A stretch of 64,000 nt of DNA from Tubiluchus corallicola. Its lineage: Eukaryota > Animalia > Priapulida. Positions 1 through 49,697 of this stretch are shown here, in pieces. The stretch lies in the NCBI GenBank assembly GCA_030141605.1, contig JAQGDQ010000736.1, positions 1 through 64,000 on the forward strand. The letters are read 5' to 3'. Position 1 is the first letter of the stretch. Every line of letters starts with the position of its first letter. Under the pieces are notes generated by a model, which saw nothing but the letters and a program-made list of their open reading frames with translations, was not told where the DNA came from and did no database searches. A program made the position numbers and the translations under genes.

Positions 1-760
1 CTCAAATGGGGAGACGCTTTAAAATTGGATTTTCAGACGTCCTGGTCTCCTTTTAAAGTCAGAAACGCAAAGTATGGGTCTCCCAAGTTGAGGGGCTAGG
101 CTGTAGCCTATACTAGCCTAATGTGTAATCCAGCCCTAGTGACCAGTCCCCTCTAGCCTATAATCAGTGATTTGTTCGGAGATCAGTTTTCTAGAGAAGA
201 AATATTGGCGATCGGTGGATTTATGTTTGGAACCACAGAGCTGTTCAAATTGTTTATCTTTGACTGTAGAATAATGCAGTATTTAAACTCTAAATTAAAA
301 TGTGCAAGAAACTGCAAGAAAAAATATTGTTTGCATTAAGCATGATCAGCCAGTGATCGCTGATTGGATTTTTGAAAAAATGGGGTCAGGGAATCAACCT
401 ACTATCGGTATAGTACACAGTTTGCTAGATCTGTGGAAGTTTGCAACTACTATGAAAACACAACTCACTGTGCAGACATTAAACATCAAGTTTAAATGTA
501 GTGTTATAGTACCATTACACCGTTTACATAAAAAAGCAGTGAATTACAATTTGCCTCTACTTATTTTTAAAGTTGTGGTGCTTCTCCAGTTCCAGCTCCA
601 ACACTATTAATTTTAGTAGTGGCAGTATAGGCGCTACTACCCAACACTGACAACAATCAAATCAATGACTAAACCGATGGTTAGGTCAGCATCTCTGGTT
701 AAATTCCAAGCAGGAGGATTCTAATTATCTCTGGTTAATTTGCACTTTTTACACTTTCAG

Positions 761-839
761 GCTTAATCCTGTTACAAATGGGACCGTACGCGTGGTGGAC
801 CATGATGTTGTTTTCTCTGACTTCAAAGTGCCTGCCTGG
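761..839 (+). CDS. P450 exon following ExxR (79 bp)
   Basis: tttcag acceptor, gtaaaa donor; first base completes the ExxR Arg; LNPVTNGTVRVVDHDVVFSDFKVPAW. Confidence 0.88.
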
Positions 840-3800
840 GTAAAACCATTATTATTATGGCCAGAATTGTTGCTATAGCCTGAAATTGTTGTTGTTGTTT
901 AAAATAACCACTTCATAATACTTTAATTGTGGTAAGAAGTGATTATACCAAGCTGTTTATACAAAAATTGTCAACTACAACACTTCAGATAAAATGACAA
1001 AAAATGTTTTTTGTCACAATTTTGAGTGACTGTTTGCACCGCACTGATCAACGTGTTAATCAACTAGTTGCACCGAGACATAGTATATCATCAGCTGCCG
1101 TGTGCTTTTTTCGGTGCTTGGTGTAAGTGGCACAGGAAAAAATGGCACGGTAAAACTGGCACAGGAAAAAATCGCACAAGAAAAGATGCCACAAATAGAA
1201 AAGTAGGTAAAAATGGCACGGGAAAAAATACACGGCAAAAATGATACAGGGAAAATTGCCTCAGGCAAAAATGGCACTGGAAAAAATGGCTTAAATAGAA
1301 AAGTAGATAAAAGTGGCACAGGAAAAAATGGCACGCTAAAACTGGCACAAATGGAAAAGTAGGTAAATATGGCACTGGCAACAACAGCACAGCAAAAAGT
1401 GGCACAAATGGAAAAGTAAGAAAAATGGCACATGTTATTTTGATGCAATTGATTTCTATAATAAGACTAGAATGCGCTCAGTAGGAAGCAGATCTCTGCC
1501 AAAGCTGAACAATCCTAAATTTATATGCCTGATTCTTTTGATTTAACACAGAGCTAAACAAGCAAACATACAAAAATGTGCAAATATTGGTATTATATAG
1601 ACTAGCAAAAGACTCACAAAATGTTTTTTCATTACATGGGTTTGTAATCAGTAATGCACGATTTGTCCACATAGTGTTTATGTACCTTTTCACCATTAAT
1701 TTTGGCAATGGTAATGGACTGATAAATATATATGTATCGAGTCACCTTATAGGACTATGCAACATTAATAAGCAAAGATTATAGGCAGCATTACACAATT
1801 TTTACAAGTAAGATTTTCTCAAAATAGAACCTGGAAATAACTCGTAGTTGTGTGTCCTGGTGGGGTCAAGTTTTGTAAAAAAAAGAACCAGGGAAATAGT
1901 TCCCATTTTGCCACTTTATACCCACCTTTCTTCACAATGTTTCTTGGAAATCTGTTAGCTAGTTGTGGTGTAATAAACTTGCTGCTGTAACAGACAAAAA
2001 ACAACCAGACAAACAAACGAGCAAGCTGTGTTGAAGCATAACTTCCTTTTCAGAGGTAAACTGAAATAACTGAAATAATTATACCCCACTGTAACCCTAA
2101 CCCTAAGCACATACAGGAGTGTGCCATTTTTTCCTCTGCCATTTTACCTACTCTTTCATTTGTGCCATTTTTTCTGTGCCATTTTTACCTGTGCCATTTT
2201 ACCTACATTTGTTTTTTTCCTTAATATGACCAAATTAGTGATAAATTAATTATTTATCAAATAAAACCTTATGTGGCTGAATGTTGCAATGGTAAACAAG
2301 GCTGCCAGGTCAACCAGACTGTACTATCAGCTTCTCCATAATTATGCTGTTTTTAGGAGTAGAATAAACAAACACTTAGTGCTGAATAATCTGTTTAAAA
2401 ACTGACATCTGCAAAGAAGCCATATTGTATCATATGAAGATATTTTGTTTTTACCACAGAAGCCACGTTGTATCACATGAATATAATTATATTGTCTTAT
2501 TACCATTTCTACACATTTTTCTACAATATTTAAAATAACAATGAATATAATCATTTATAGACTGTTGTGATGTCCCACACGTTGGTACTGGGACGGCTTC
2601 CCGAATATTTTGAAGAACCCGACCAGTTCTTACCTGAAAGATGGATGGAACGGTACACGAATCCAAGCAGCAAAACATCTCAAACAATGCAAAGTCATCC
2701 TTTTGCTATGACACCCTTTGGTTATGGTACACGCATGTGCATTGGAAGAAGATTTGCTCTACAAGAGATCTTTCTTGGAATAACAAGGGTACGACATACT
2801 GATGAAAGTCAATTATTTTGGTATTTAGAGCAGTAACACTATTCCATTTTTAACAAGTTAGTTGAACAATTGCATGCATTTATGTCCGTTAATTTTAGTT
2901 GTTTTAGGTAATGACATTTAAGGTGGCATTAAACATAGAATACTTACTATGTTGCTTACAAGCAATGGTTTTCTTCAATGTAAGAATATATTAACTATAT
3001 TAACCAAAAAGAAATTAAGTATTGACATCACAGTTCAATTATTTAGTGCATATGTTGCCAGCATATTTATGTACATTGTACAACAGTGAAACATGAGGTT
3101 TAATGAAATGTGTAAACACGAGTTCGGAATAAAGAATGCTGTAAAATATTGAAAACTACAATAGCTTATCTTAAATGAAAGCTTAGATTAAATAATTATT
3201 ACCTCAGATACTCAAATTTCGTTAAACTTTCAAAGCTACGCGTGACTCAGTTAATTTACTAAGACTGGCAGCGGCGCCTTTTTGTCACGTGTGCGTGGCC
3301 GACAAATAGAAAGTGGTACCTTGATAACCATGATCATGAACTGCAGTGTTAGTTTCATGACGTCATATGATGTAAAGCCCATTTTTTGTGACATCATGCG
3401 TTTAAGCAGTACTGTGACACTTACGCAAATGTGCTTGATGCGCAAGGGAAGATGCCTGCCATTGCACAAACTGGGTTAGTTTCTGACTAAGCAATATCTG
3501 TATTCGTTTGCCATTAATTAACTTTCTAAGCTAATTATTCAAATATAACGAACAATTGTTAACTTCTATAGGCACAAAAACCTATATTTTGGACAGTAAA
3601 TTAAAATGAGTTTGAGTTTAAACAATCCGGTCTTCCTTTAAGAAAAACAGACTGGCACATTTCATACAGTCTTATAAGGAAAGTTTTTAAGATAAGATGG
3701 CCATTCGTAATCGAAAATGAAGATGTGTACATAGAGCAAAAGCAGTCATTGGAGTTCAAAAGTCAAGACGCATCAGATTGTCGAGTGAAATGACAGTAAA

Positions 3801-4065
3801 AATTGCCTTAGAAAAAGCTTCAAAACCTTGCAAAAAACCACCTTGCAATAAAACACAATAATAATAGTAGTAATAATAATAATAATAATAGTAGTAAACA
3901 GTATTTACAGTGGTTAAATATTACAATTTAAATGTTCTATTTACTTGTTTCCAGATAATCAAGACTTTCAAAGTGGAATACCACCACAAAGAAGAAGTAG
4001 GCCTAATCACACATATACTAAACGTGCCAGATAGGCCAATACGGCTGACTTTCATTAAGAGATGA
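761..4065 (+). CDS. Cytochrome P450, mitochondrial clan; 3' part only (exons 761-839, 2561-2788, 3955-4065)
   Basis: Three GT-AG exons splice in phase to (R)LNPVTNGTVRVVDHDVVFSDFKVPAW / TVVMSHTLVLGRLPEYFEEPDQFLPERW...HPFAMTPFGYGTRMCIGRRFALQEIFLGITR / IIKTFKVEYHHKEEVGLITHILNVPDRPIRLTFIKR*. PERW and FGxGxRxCIGRR motifs and this C-terminus are typical of mitochondrial-clan P450s. Confidence 0.93.
1120..1432 (+). repeat. Minisatellite of AAAAATGGCAC(A/G)G-type units, with inverted copies at 2120-2210
   Basis: More than 10 imperfect aaaatggcac units; reverse-complement tgtgccatttt units at 2120-2210 next to taaccctaaccctaa. Confidence 0.8.
1463..2060 (+). mobile_element. Non-autonomous Helitron/DINE-1-like (HINE-like) repeat
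   Basis: actagaatgcgctcag start, acagac/aaac simple repeat near the 3' end and terminal ataacttcc...gaggtaa hairpin; related copies at about 38790-39165 and 60380-60560. Confidence 0.4.
2561..2788 (+). CDS. P450 PERW/heme-binding exon
   Basis: ttatag acceptor, gtacga donor; contains FLPERW and FGYGTRMCIG. Confidence 0.95.
2919..3640. mobile_element. Possible Kolobok-type non-autonomous element
   Basis: TTAAGG...CCTTTAA ends; TIRs otherwise weak. Confidence 0.3.
3955..4065 (+). CDS. P450 terminal exon
   Basis: ttccag acceptor, IIKTFKVEYHH...PDRPIRLTFIKR, stop TGA at 4063-4065. Confidence 0.92.
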   Translation: MIKTFKVEYHHKEEVGLITHILNVPDRPIRLTFIKR

Positions 4066-4185
4066 TGCAAAATAAGATCATAATTATTTATGATTCCAAC
4101 ATCTGACTATGCAGACGTTAACACTGACTATTTGTTAAGCAGATCTGTAGCATTTGATACTGCTGTTGCATAAGAACAGTCTGTT

Positions 4186-4191
4186 AATAAA
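4186..4191 (+). promoter_or_regulatory. Candidate polyadenylation signal of the P450
   Basis: First AATAAA after the stop, about 120 nt downstream. Confidence 0.4.
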
Positions 4192-4250
4192 ATAGGCAAA
4201 CATTAGACAATGTATAAAAAATATTATTTTACAACTATATTGGAAACACA

Positions 4251-6314
4251 ACCGTAAAACACTGGTGAATAAGAACAAAGGAAAAATTATTAAAGCTCCT
4301 ACTACGTTCTAGCAATGAATCATAATATTATATAGTTTGTTATAATTTCACAAATCAACTTGATGCATATGCTATCTAATAAGAATTCTATATCATTGTG
4401 AAGCCACTCACGGTTTTCATGGCAACCATAAAGTTAAGGCCTACTAACAATGCAAAAAAACAATGGCAATCTAAACTTCTGTTGCATAGGCTCAACTTGT
4501 AGGGCAGATGTGATAATTTTGTATCTGGCAGTTGAGTTACTTGTCTCCAGTAGTGCCTAGTGTTTCTTCAGTTTTGAGCCATTCTTTGCTTTTTGTGAAT
4601 TTTTAGACTTTTTAGATTTAATTTGATAAAAACGGTGGGGTGAATAGGGACATGCTACCCTTGTACAAAAAAGAAAGTTATCCAAGCAGGCTTAACCTAC
4701 AGAAAAGCAGAGAAGCAATTCAAAGTCCCCAGAAGTGTTTTGTTGAAGCACACCGAAGCCACGTATGAGCTCAAGCCGCAAAGTCGACGGAAAGTGCTGT
4801 CAGCTGAAGTTGAAAACATTCTGTTGAGAAAGCTGCAAAAATGTGCAGACCGGGGCTATCCAAAGGATGAATATGACCTTTGTTTGATTGTCAATGGCTA
4901 CTTAGACAGACTTGGCGTAAAGAGGAGGCGATTTAATCTACCTGGTTTAGAATGGTCACAGTTTCCTAAGGCATCAAAAGGACCATTTAACTATAAGAAC
5001 ATGCCAAAATATCAAACATGTATATTGTCAGGGATACCACAGCAGAACATAGTAGCCTATGACAAAACTAATTTGACAGATGATCCAGGGCGTAAAAAGG
5101 TCATTGCAAAAGGGGGCGTAAAATATCCAGAGCGTGTCATGGATTCTTCTAAATCTGCCACATCAATAATGTACGTTGTGCTGATGGCACTATGCTTCCA
5201 CAATATGTAGCATTCTAATCACTCAATATGTATGATTTGTGGACACTAGGTGGCTCACCTGAAGCAAGACAAAGTGAAGCAAGTATGGGTGGTTCGATAT
5301 GGCATGCTTTTCAAATTGGCTTATAACAATTGCTCTGCCACTTAAGAAAAATAAATGGAAAACAGGTTGTAATAGGTGATGACATTGCATTTGTTTTCGT
5401 GGAGAGTAAACCACAAGGGGGAATGGAGGAAAGCCACCACTATTCCGAAGGACATATTTCCACGACCTGCAAAGCAGTTAATGTTTGAACTAACAAGAGC
5501 CGAAGACAATATTAAGGCTGGATTTGCAGAGAGTAGTATTTACCCATTGCAATGAAAAAAGGGTGCTGGACAGACTGCATGAACCTGTTGCAGAACAGGC
5601 TCCTGTTGAAGATGCTGACAATGAACAGCTTCCAGATGACATCTTTGTATCACTCTTAATGAAAATAAGATTTGGGAAAGAAGGCCAGGTACCTGCTGCA
5701 AAGCGAAAAAGGAAAGGAAAAGAAAAAAGTGTTAAAGCTACAGACTTCATAGAATGCGATTATGGAGATTCACTGGTCGACGCATGATACGGACCAAGAA
5801 TCATTATTTATTCATGATATTATTTATTCAAGAACCATGATATTTATTCATTTACTAAGTATCTGTACATGCAATAATTTTTTTGCATAAAACAATAAAA
5901 GAAGTGCAATAATAAATGAGACAGATTAAAATGGATACAGGAGAGTGCACAAAGTGTAAAACTGCTACATACATGTGTCTTCAAAACTACGATGGTGTTG
6001 AAAAGTCAATTTTCATTAATCTTTAACTAAATAAGGCAGCATTTACAAGTTGAGACCAATTTGCATGTTCAGGAAGAGAATTCCAGTTCACAAGGCTACC
6101 ACAAAAGCAAAAAACATGGTTGTTCCTATTCACCCTAAACCCTGGTTTCAAATAAAAAGCAATGTTGCATTTTTTTATCACAGTGACAATACTATCAAGA
6201 ATAGACTATATGTGTGTGCCCATATGTAATTACTAAATGTAATTTAGAATAAAAACTAGCAAAAAAGTTATGGCAGTTCGAATTTAAAAATTGTCATTCA
6301 CCCCATTTTACAGT
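4251..6314 (+). mobile_element. Decayed pogo/Fot1-like (Tc1/mariner superfamily) DNA transposon
   Basis: Frameshifted transposase remnants: CENPB-type HTH (RKVLSAEVENILL...GYPKDEYDLCLIVNGYLDRLG...NLPGLEW) and DDE start (NIVAYDKTNLTDDPGRKKVIAKGGVKYPERVMDSSKSATSIMY). Imperfect TIRs accgtaaaacactggtgaat (4251) and attcaccccattttacagt (6314); subterminal ggggtgaatagggaca (4637) and tgttcctattcaccc (about 6122). Confidence 0.85.
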
Positions 6315-7568
6315 ATGTACTCAGATCCAATATGCATGTCCCACTTGCTCATTTCAAGTAAAATTAAAGGTTTTCATAAAGAAATCATAGAAAGTGTTTA
6401 TCATTGCTATGGAAACCGTTTTTTGGTAAAAATTTAAAATGTGCATTGTTGGGCAGATGTATTTATACGTTAGAATGAAAGAAACCACAACAATGTACAG
6501 GGCAGATCCATGAACATGTTTGCCTGTTTGGGAGATGCAACGTACAACCAAGAACTAGAGATCACGTGCTTAAAGCTGGATCGAAAAACCATTCCAAACT
6601 TGTGAATTTGCTGTGAAGCCCGATTCCGAAAATACAAAAAAATGTACTTACAAATGTTAAAAAACAAGAGCTGAATTATTGACCTTATGAAGATCTTAGG
6701 ACAGACATTTCACTGAAAATCTATTGAAGGCGAGCAAATGAGCATACATACCCAACAGTTGCTTTCTTTAAACTGCACATGGTTACACTGTATAACCATT
6801 TAAAAACCTGGTGGTAATAAAAGCAGTTTGAGAACGTGTCTCTGTGTCTAGTAAAGTTGCTGCATGAGCAATAATAGAGGTTTTAATGCTGATGAGTATT
6901 AGAAATAAGCCAGCAGTTTTTCGTACAATGACAAATAGTCTGAAATAGGTGAAAATATTATTATAAAACAAATTAGAAACTGTTGTAACATGCGCTGTGC
7001 ACTGTACCTATGTGTAGTGTATAGAAAGAGATTATGAAAGCGCTTTTATGAGGGTATTATGCAAATTATGATAATCATGGTTATATATAGTTGGACGCTT
7101 AGGTCTACTAATACATCCGGAATGTGATAGTGGTCACTTCCGTCGTAGTTTTAAATCATGTTACTAGTATTGGATGAAACACTAACACAATCCTTTGTTT
7201 AAACAAAAAAATCATATTTTACTTTTATATACAGTATAATCGTATAGACAATAAATTTCGCTTGTGTAAAATTACAAGAAAACACCCAAGTGAACGTTTG
7301 AATGACTCAACGAAATCAGGAAATGTACAAATGTTTGGACGAATAATGTGAATAAATTAAAATTATTAACAAATTGTAATCTCTTTATCACTGCTATATA
7401 CACATATTTTATGTTAATTTCTTTTGTTATCACAAATGACTTTATTTTGTTCATGACTATTTTGAACCACTAATAGCTGTAAAAGCGTAACACAAATTTA
7501 TTAGCCCAATTCCATTCTGCTTTCAGGCTGACATGAGACCAGTTAACCCGATGACCGTTCAGAAATTG

Positions 7569-43587
<36,019 letters not shown>

Positions 43588-44041
43588 GACTCAAAAGTGC
43601 TAGGCATTCCTCTAAACAAATCAAAATAAAAACATATCAAACCTCTGACAGATCGTTGCTTTTCTATAATTTCTAACACTTTGGCTAAGCGAAGAGTAGA
43701 GGCAAGGCAAGAAAAAATAAAGAATTTTTGAAACATAAAAGGTATTTTGACTTTTTTACCGTTATTTTTATTAATTCTGAATTATCCCAGTTCAAAAATC
43801 TATTGAAACGTTTTCGAGTTGCGAAATTTATAGCATGCCTGATTTTTTTTCCGACTAACGAAACAACAATAAAACAACAATAGCAGCAATATCCAGTAGA
43901 GGTGTTTCCAAACCTGCGATTAAAAATTGTGATATAAACTCTTCAAATTAGCAACACCATTAACAATATCTAACTGTCAGTATCGATATCACAATAGATT
44001 AATGTGTGCTAAAAGGACGAGAATTCAAGCCTGCTGTGTAA

Positions 44042-44128
44042 GGCTGTCTTAGTAGCTCTGGTGCCAAGTCTTGTTGGTTCTAACCCCAAGGTCTCGGGTT
44101 CAAGTACGGACGAGTTCACAATTTTTTT
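44042..44128 (+). pseudogene. tRNA-derived SINE head or tRNA pseudogene (Arg-TCT-like)
   Basis: A-box-like tagctctggtg, ttctaa anticodon-like loop, B-box-like ggttcaagtac, followed by T-run; stems imperfect. Confidence 0.45.
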
Positions 44129-44319
44129 AGCATCTCCTATCTCCAGTTTATAAGCTGCAAGATTAATACCGAATAAGACACTATTTTATAATTTTTGCAA
44201 AATAAACTGCAATGGTTTATTATCTCTGGCCTTTAAAATCTAATTAATGATGAAAATTGTTCTTACTTTAATGTTGTTGCATGTTATTTTTACCAAGTAA
44301 TACGTATTCTTGTGTAGTA

Positions 44320-44436
44320 TCAGCAGCAGCAGAGGCAGTGGTAATAGTGTTGATGGTGACAATGGTAATATTTGTGATTTTGTTCGTGAAGCTGCTGCCG
44401 CTGGTAGTGGTGCTGCGCTGCTGCTGCTTCCATAAC

Positions 44437-44470
<34 letters not shown>

Positions 44471-44645
44471 GCTGCTGCTAGTGCTGTTGTTGCTGCTGCT
44501 GCTGTTGCTATTGTTACTACTGCTCTTGCGGTTGTTGTTACTGCTACTTCTACAGTAATTGCTACTGCTGCCGTTACAACTTCTGTTGTTGCTGCTGTGG
44601 CTACTGCTGCTGTTAGTGCTATAGCTTGTTGCTGCCGCTGCTGAT
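44320..44645. repeat. (TGT/TGC)n trinucleotide tract
   Basis: direct observation. Confidence 0.9.
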
Positions 44646-45767
44646 GTGATCTAATTTACTGCTGATATTTCTACATGCTGATTTACAGGAGAATATTGCC
44701 TGCGAAACGCGACACAGAATAATTATAATTTGACTCTACTCTCATAATGGGTATCGTTTGTCATGATTAATAGACCTATAATAATAACAAACCTGGGGCT
44801 ATAATATATAATAGACGTTGTGCTGTTTGCTGTTACAGAAATCTTAGAAACGTCTTCTTCCTTAGAAAGCGTAGGCCTACATTGTACATTGCACACACAA
44901 TTAATTATTCCTAACCTTTTGGACATTACGACAGAAATGATGATGTACAAGTAATGTCAACAGACGCGGTATACTGCTATTATTAGCTAATGTTTGCGCT
45001 TAGCTCAGGTGCCACTCTGAACAACAGCGTTACCAAAAAATAGAAGACGGTGGGGTATTATAATCCCAGGCAGAACTAAAATTGTAAATAAACCTGACGA
45101 GAGAGAGAAACAAATCCCCAGATAAAGTTCTAAATATTAGCGAGGTTTAAATACGATTACAAAACAGCTGAGCCTCGTCATAATTATGATAATTAATTTT
45201 AATATAGAATCTTTCGGCAATATACTAGGATTATTCGAACAGTTTGCGTAATTCTCTGCTTTTTAAAGCACACTTAATTAAGTTTGTATCATTTTTGTTT
45301 TTTGGCACAGATTTTTTGATGAAAAAATTGCATGCTGGCTTACTTGTTTGTCTTGTTTGTCTGTTTAATTGCTTTGCTACTTGCTCGCCTGCTTTCTTCT
45401 TGACTTACTCACTCGCGCACACACTCAGCTTCGTCACTCAATTTTTTAAGCCTTTGCCTACTAACTCACCCACTTTTTTACTCACTTGCTTACTGATTTA
45501 CTTATTTGCTAGCCTGCATGATTGTTCATGATTGTTTGCTCCATCATTCATTAACCACTCACACAAGTACACGCACCACTTGAGACACTCACATACTCAT
45601 TAACTGCTCTCTCTCACTTCTCTCTCTCTCTGCTTCCCCCTTCCTGACTGACTGACTCCCTTTCTTCCTGTCTTACTTGCTTGCTTGCTAGCTAGCTTGC
45701 TTACTTACTTAATTACGTCCTTACTAACTGACTCACTGACTCATTTCTGGCTGGCTGGCTGACTTAC

Positions 45768-47097
45768 TTACCTACCTACCTACCTACCTACCTACCTACG
45801 TACCTACCTACCTACCTACCTACCTACCTACCTACCTACCTACCTACCTACCTACCTACCTACCTACCTACCTACATACCTACCTACCTACCTACCTACC
45901 TACCTACCTACCTACCTACCTACCTACCTACCTACCTACCTACCTACCTACCTACCTGCCTGCCTGCCAACCTACCTACCTACCTACCTACCTACCTATC
46001 TACCTACATACCTACCTACCTACCTACCTACCTACCTACCTACCTACCTACCTACCTACGTACCTATCTGCCAACCTACCTACCTACCTACCTACCTACC
46101 TACCTACCTACCTACCTACCTACCTACGTACCTACCTACCTACCTACCTGCCTGCCTGCCAACCTACATACCTACCTGCCTGCCAACCTACCTACCAACT
46201 TACCTACCTACGTACCTACCTACCTACCTACGTACCTACCTACCTACCTACCTACCTACCTACCTACCTACCTACCTACCTACCTACCTACCTACCTACC
46301 TACCTATCTACCTACCTACCTACCTACCTACCTACCTACCTACCTACCTGCCTGCCTGCCAACCTACCTACCAACTTATTTACCTATCTGCTGACCTACC
46401 TACCTACGTACCTATCTGCCAACCTACCTACCTACGTACCTACCTACCTACCTACCTACCTACCTACCTACCTACCTACCTACCTACCTACCTACCTACC
46501 TACCTACCTACCTACCTACCTACCTACCTACCTACCTACCTGCCTGCCAACCTACCTACCAACTTATTTACCTATCTGCTGACCTACCTACCTACGTACC
46601 TATCTGCCAACCTACCTACCTACGTACGTACCTACCTACCTACCTACCTACCTACCTACCTACCTACCTACCTACCTACCTACCTGCTAATCTACCTACC
46701 TGTTTATCTACCTACCTACCTACCTACCGACCTACCTACCTGCCAACCTACCTACCTACCTACCTACCTACCTACCTACCTACCTACCTGCCAACCTACC
46801 TACCTACCTGCCAACCTACCTACCTGCCGTCCTACCTGCCAACCAACCTACCTACCTAGCCACCTATCTACCTACCTACCTGCCTACCTATCTACCTACC
46901 TACCTACCTGCCAACCTACCTACCTGTCAATCTACCTACCTATTTACCTACCTGTTTATCTACCTACCTACCTACATACACACATACCTACCTGCCAACC
47001 TACCAACCTACCTACCTACCTACCTACCTGCCTGCCAACCTACCTACCTGCCGTCCTACCAGCCAACCAACCTACCTACCTAGCTACCTATCCACCT
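45768..47097. repeat. About 1.3 kb (CCTA)n tetranucleotide array with variant blocks
   Basis: direct observation. Confidence 0.97.
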
Positions 47098-49226
47098 ATA
47101 AAAACTTTGACTTAAATGACAAAATCAGTAGTAAATTTCACTTCCGGCTCAAAAACTGGCATTGAAATTTTATCTCGTCTACTTGTAATCTCATTTTACA
47201 CAGTCTTCGCGTTTCGTAAGACGTTATGCAAAACCTGAAAACTAAAATATTTACGTTTTGTGTAAATATTGCAACACGCAATCATTAGTTTTAAATGCGT
47301 GATCATCTGTTAAGAAATCCAATCAACTTCGGTTATAACTATTAGTTTCTGTTAGCAAAGAACTGATACCGTACAAACTGTTGGCTTAGCGAATGCAAAT
47401 TGCGTTACTCAGTGGCTGAAATAAGTTAAAATAATAATCAATAATAATTTTTTTCTGAATTACCGATGCATGTTGGGATTGTATGATTGTCTGATGTCAT
47501 GTTAACTTCTTGATCGTTGGCGCGAATTACTTTTTTATTACTTATTTCGTTTTGCTGCAAATAATCGTGCTGCTAGCTAATACAACTTTATTTTTTGTAA
47601 ATGTATTGAAAATACTTCAAAATAAGTTGTTACTACTGTTGCCAAACCGGGTTAAAAAGCAATTTTCTGACACGTTTAACTCCTTCAGGACCGAAAGGGT
47701 TCCTGCATTTTGCATGGGTTCATGAAAAACTGCTCTCACCAAGCAGCGACTACGCTATATTTGATCATTTTTGTAGATTTTTACTCCACACACAATTGAT
47801 TTTTATGTAAAATTATATATGAAATGCATTTGCTTAGCTTAGACAAAATAAAAATCGAATCTTGAAGAAAACGTTTAAAAAAAGCTTTGTGTAACTGCAC
47901 TGTTTGCAATGTAACAATGTACAATATCACTTGTGTGAAATCGGCTGGTGCAGAAACTTTCAACTATCCAGACACAACACTCTGATACACTTCGGCCTCG
48001 AGTCTACTCTATTTTTAAGGAGAAATTTTCCTGTTAAATGACGAAAGAAGCTTAATTGCTCCTTCACCTATGGCCGTAGCAAGCAGGCGATCAATAAAAT
48101 AGTGTGTACGATCACGCAAATGCACACCAGACTAAGCTACTCGATAGGCAAAGTTGGAGTGCCTGAAAAGGGTGTGTTTTCTTACATTTATCCAATTAAA
48201 CCACTTATAAATGTTTAAACAAATAGGATGGTTTGATGGCCGAGATTCTCCTGAATACAACAGTACTTAGTATGTAATCATTTAGTTGTCTGTGTTCACA
48301 CAGTAACAGAAAAGCACAAGTCTTATAAGACCTATTAAATGTGTCGTCCTGAAGAAGATGTAGACTGATCTTTGTAGTATGTGACAAAGATTATTTTGCA
48401 AGCAAATGTAGCTTATGTGGCAGCAAACACACAGATCTGAGAAAAAAAAGTAAAAAGTGTGCAGTAATAGTACAAAAACCATAGCAAAAACAAGAAAAAA
48501 TAGCGCCTTATGTATGCCCTTCAAACTATAATAAATAAATATATTGTACTAAATATAGAACTGATTGAAGCTCATTTCTGGTTTTGTTCAGATTACCTTT
48601 CTTTCAATCAAATTTATTTTCTAAAAACTTAATAATTATTTCAGTATAATTATTTTGATTGCGTATATTCATGATGTGTATTTCAGGTCAGGTACTCCTT
48701 TTTAACTTAGCAAATAGTCACAATAAAAGTATGTAAAAAATTAATCTGTAAGTTTGATGTGTGAAAGAATTTATTTGTTTTATTTTTACGGTTTTTAACT
48801 TCAATATGTCTGTCTTAATGTTTTAAAATTTTCGCCGCCAAGCGTTTGATGGTCTTTAAAAACTTGGGAAAACTGCTTAGTGGAATTATTTACTTTGCAA
48901 TTGTAGCTTTTGTTACACAACATGTTGGTGTTTCTCTAAGCTTAAGCCACTTATTAGAGTGGAAGTTTTCGTGTCACCCTAGTAATTCGTCTCACTGGCG
49001 ACTAAAACGACAAAATTCTGTCACATGGAAGATACAGTACTAATACACCACAAGTAATTGTGCACTGAAAATGCTTGGGCAGAGCATATTAGGTGTCACA
49101 ATGTAGGTGCGTCGACGTGATTTATTCAGTCTCTGTTTGTGTCAACGAAAGACAAACAAGAAAGTAGGCAAGTAATTTCCTGACCTACAAGTATTATTAT
49201 ATTTAATCAGCTTAATCAGGGTAGAT

Positions 49227-49697
49227 CAGTGGCGACTCGTGTATAGGTACTGTGGTACTGCAGCACCCCTTGTTTTCGCTCATTATTATCGATAATATCA
49301 ATATAATTAGTCTTGTTTCTTTAGTTCTTTTTTATACTTGTGCGGAACCAAAGCAGGGAAGGGCAGTACAATTTGCTTCATAGCCCAAGCAATGTGGTGT
49401 TAGGCTGTCGTGCGCATGCGGCCATGCGCACATAACCTAAATAACACACTGTACGGTTTCGTCTGCTGCTAGATAGAGTTCTGTGACAATAAGTGAACGA
49501 CAACAGCTCAATTTTTCACAGTTGTCTCTCCATGAGAAAGTTGCAGTTAAGAAAAGAGGCTGTTCAACACCCAATCTTCAAATATAACTACAACATTAAA
49601 ATTACATATGTTTGTTGCGTTTTGCACAATATTAAAACAATGGCTAAAAATTTTCTGAAGCAGCACCCCCACTAATTTTAGGTACGAGCCGCTACTG
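49227..49697. mobile_element. hAT-type MITE with perfect 8-bp TSD
   Basis: TIR cagtggcgactcgt / acgagccgctactg; TSD gggtagat at 49219-49226 and 49698-49705. Confidence 0.9.

Noticed and set aside
157-340. Frame reading DLFGDQFSREEILAIGGFMFGTTE, faintly like a P450 I-helix
   Set aside because: No AGxDTT consensus, no following ExxR and no convincing splice sites; treated as intronic coincidence.
1056-1448. Phe/Pro/Cys-rich ORFs
   Set aside because: Derived from the AAAAATGGCAC minisatellite.
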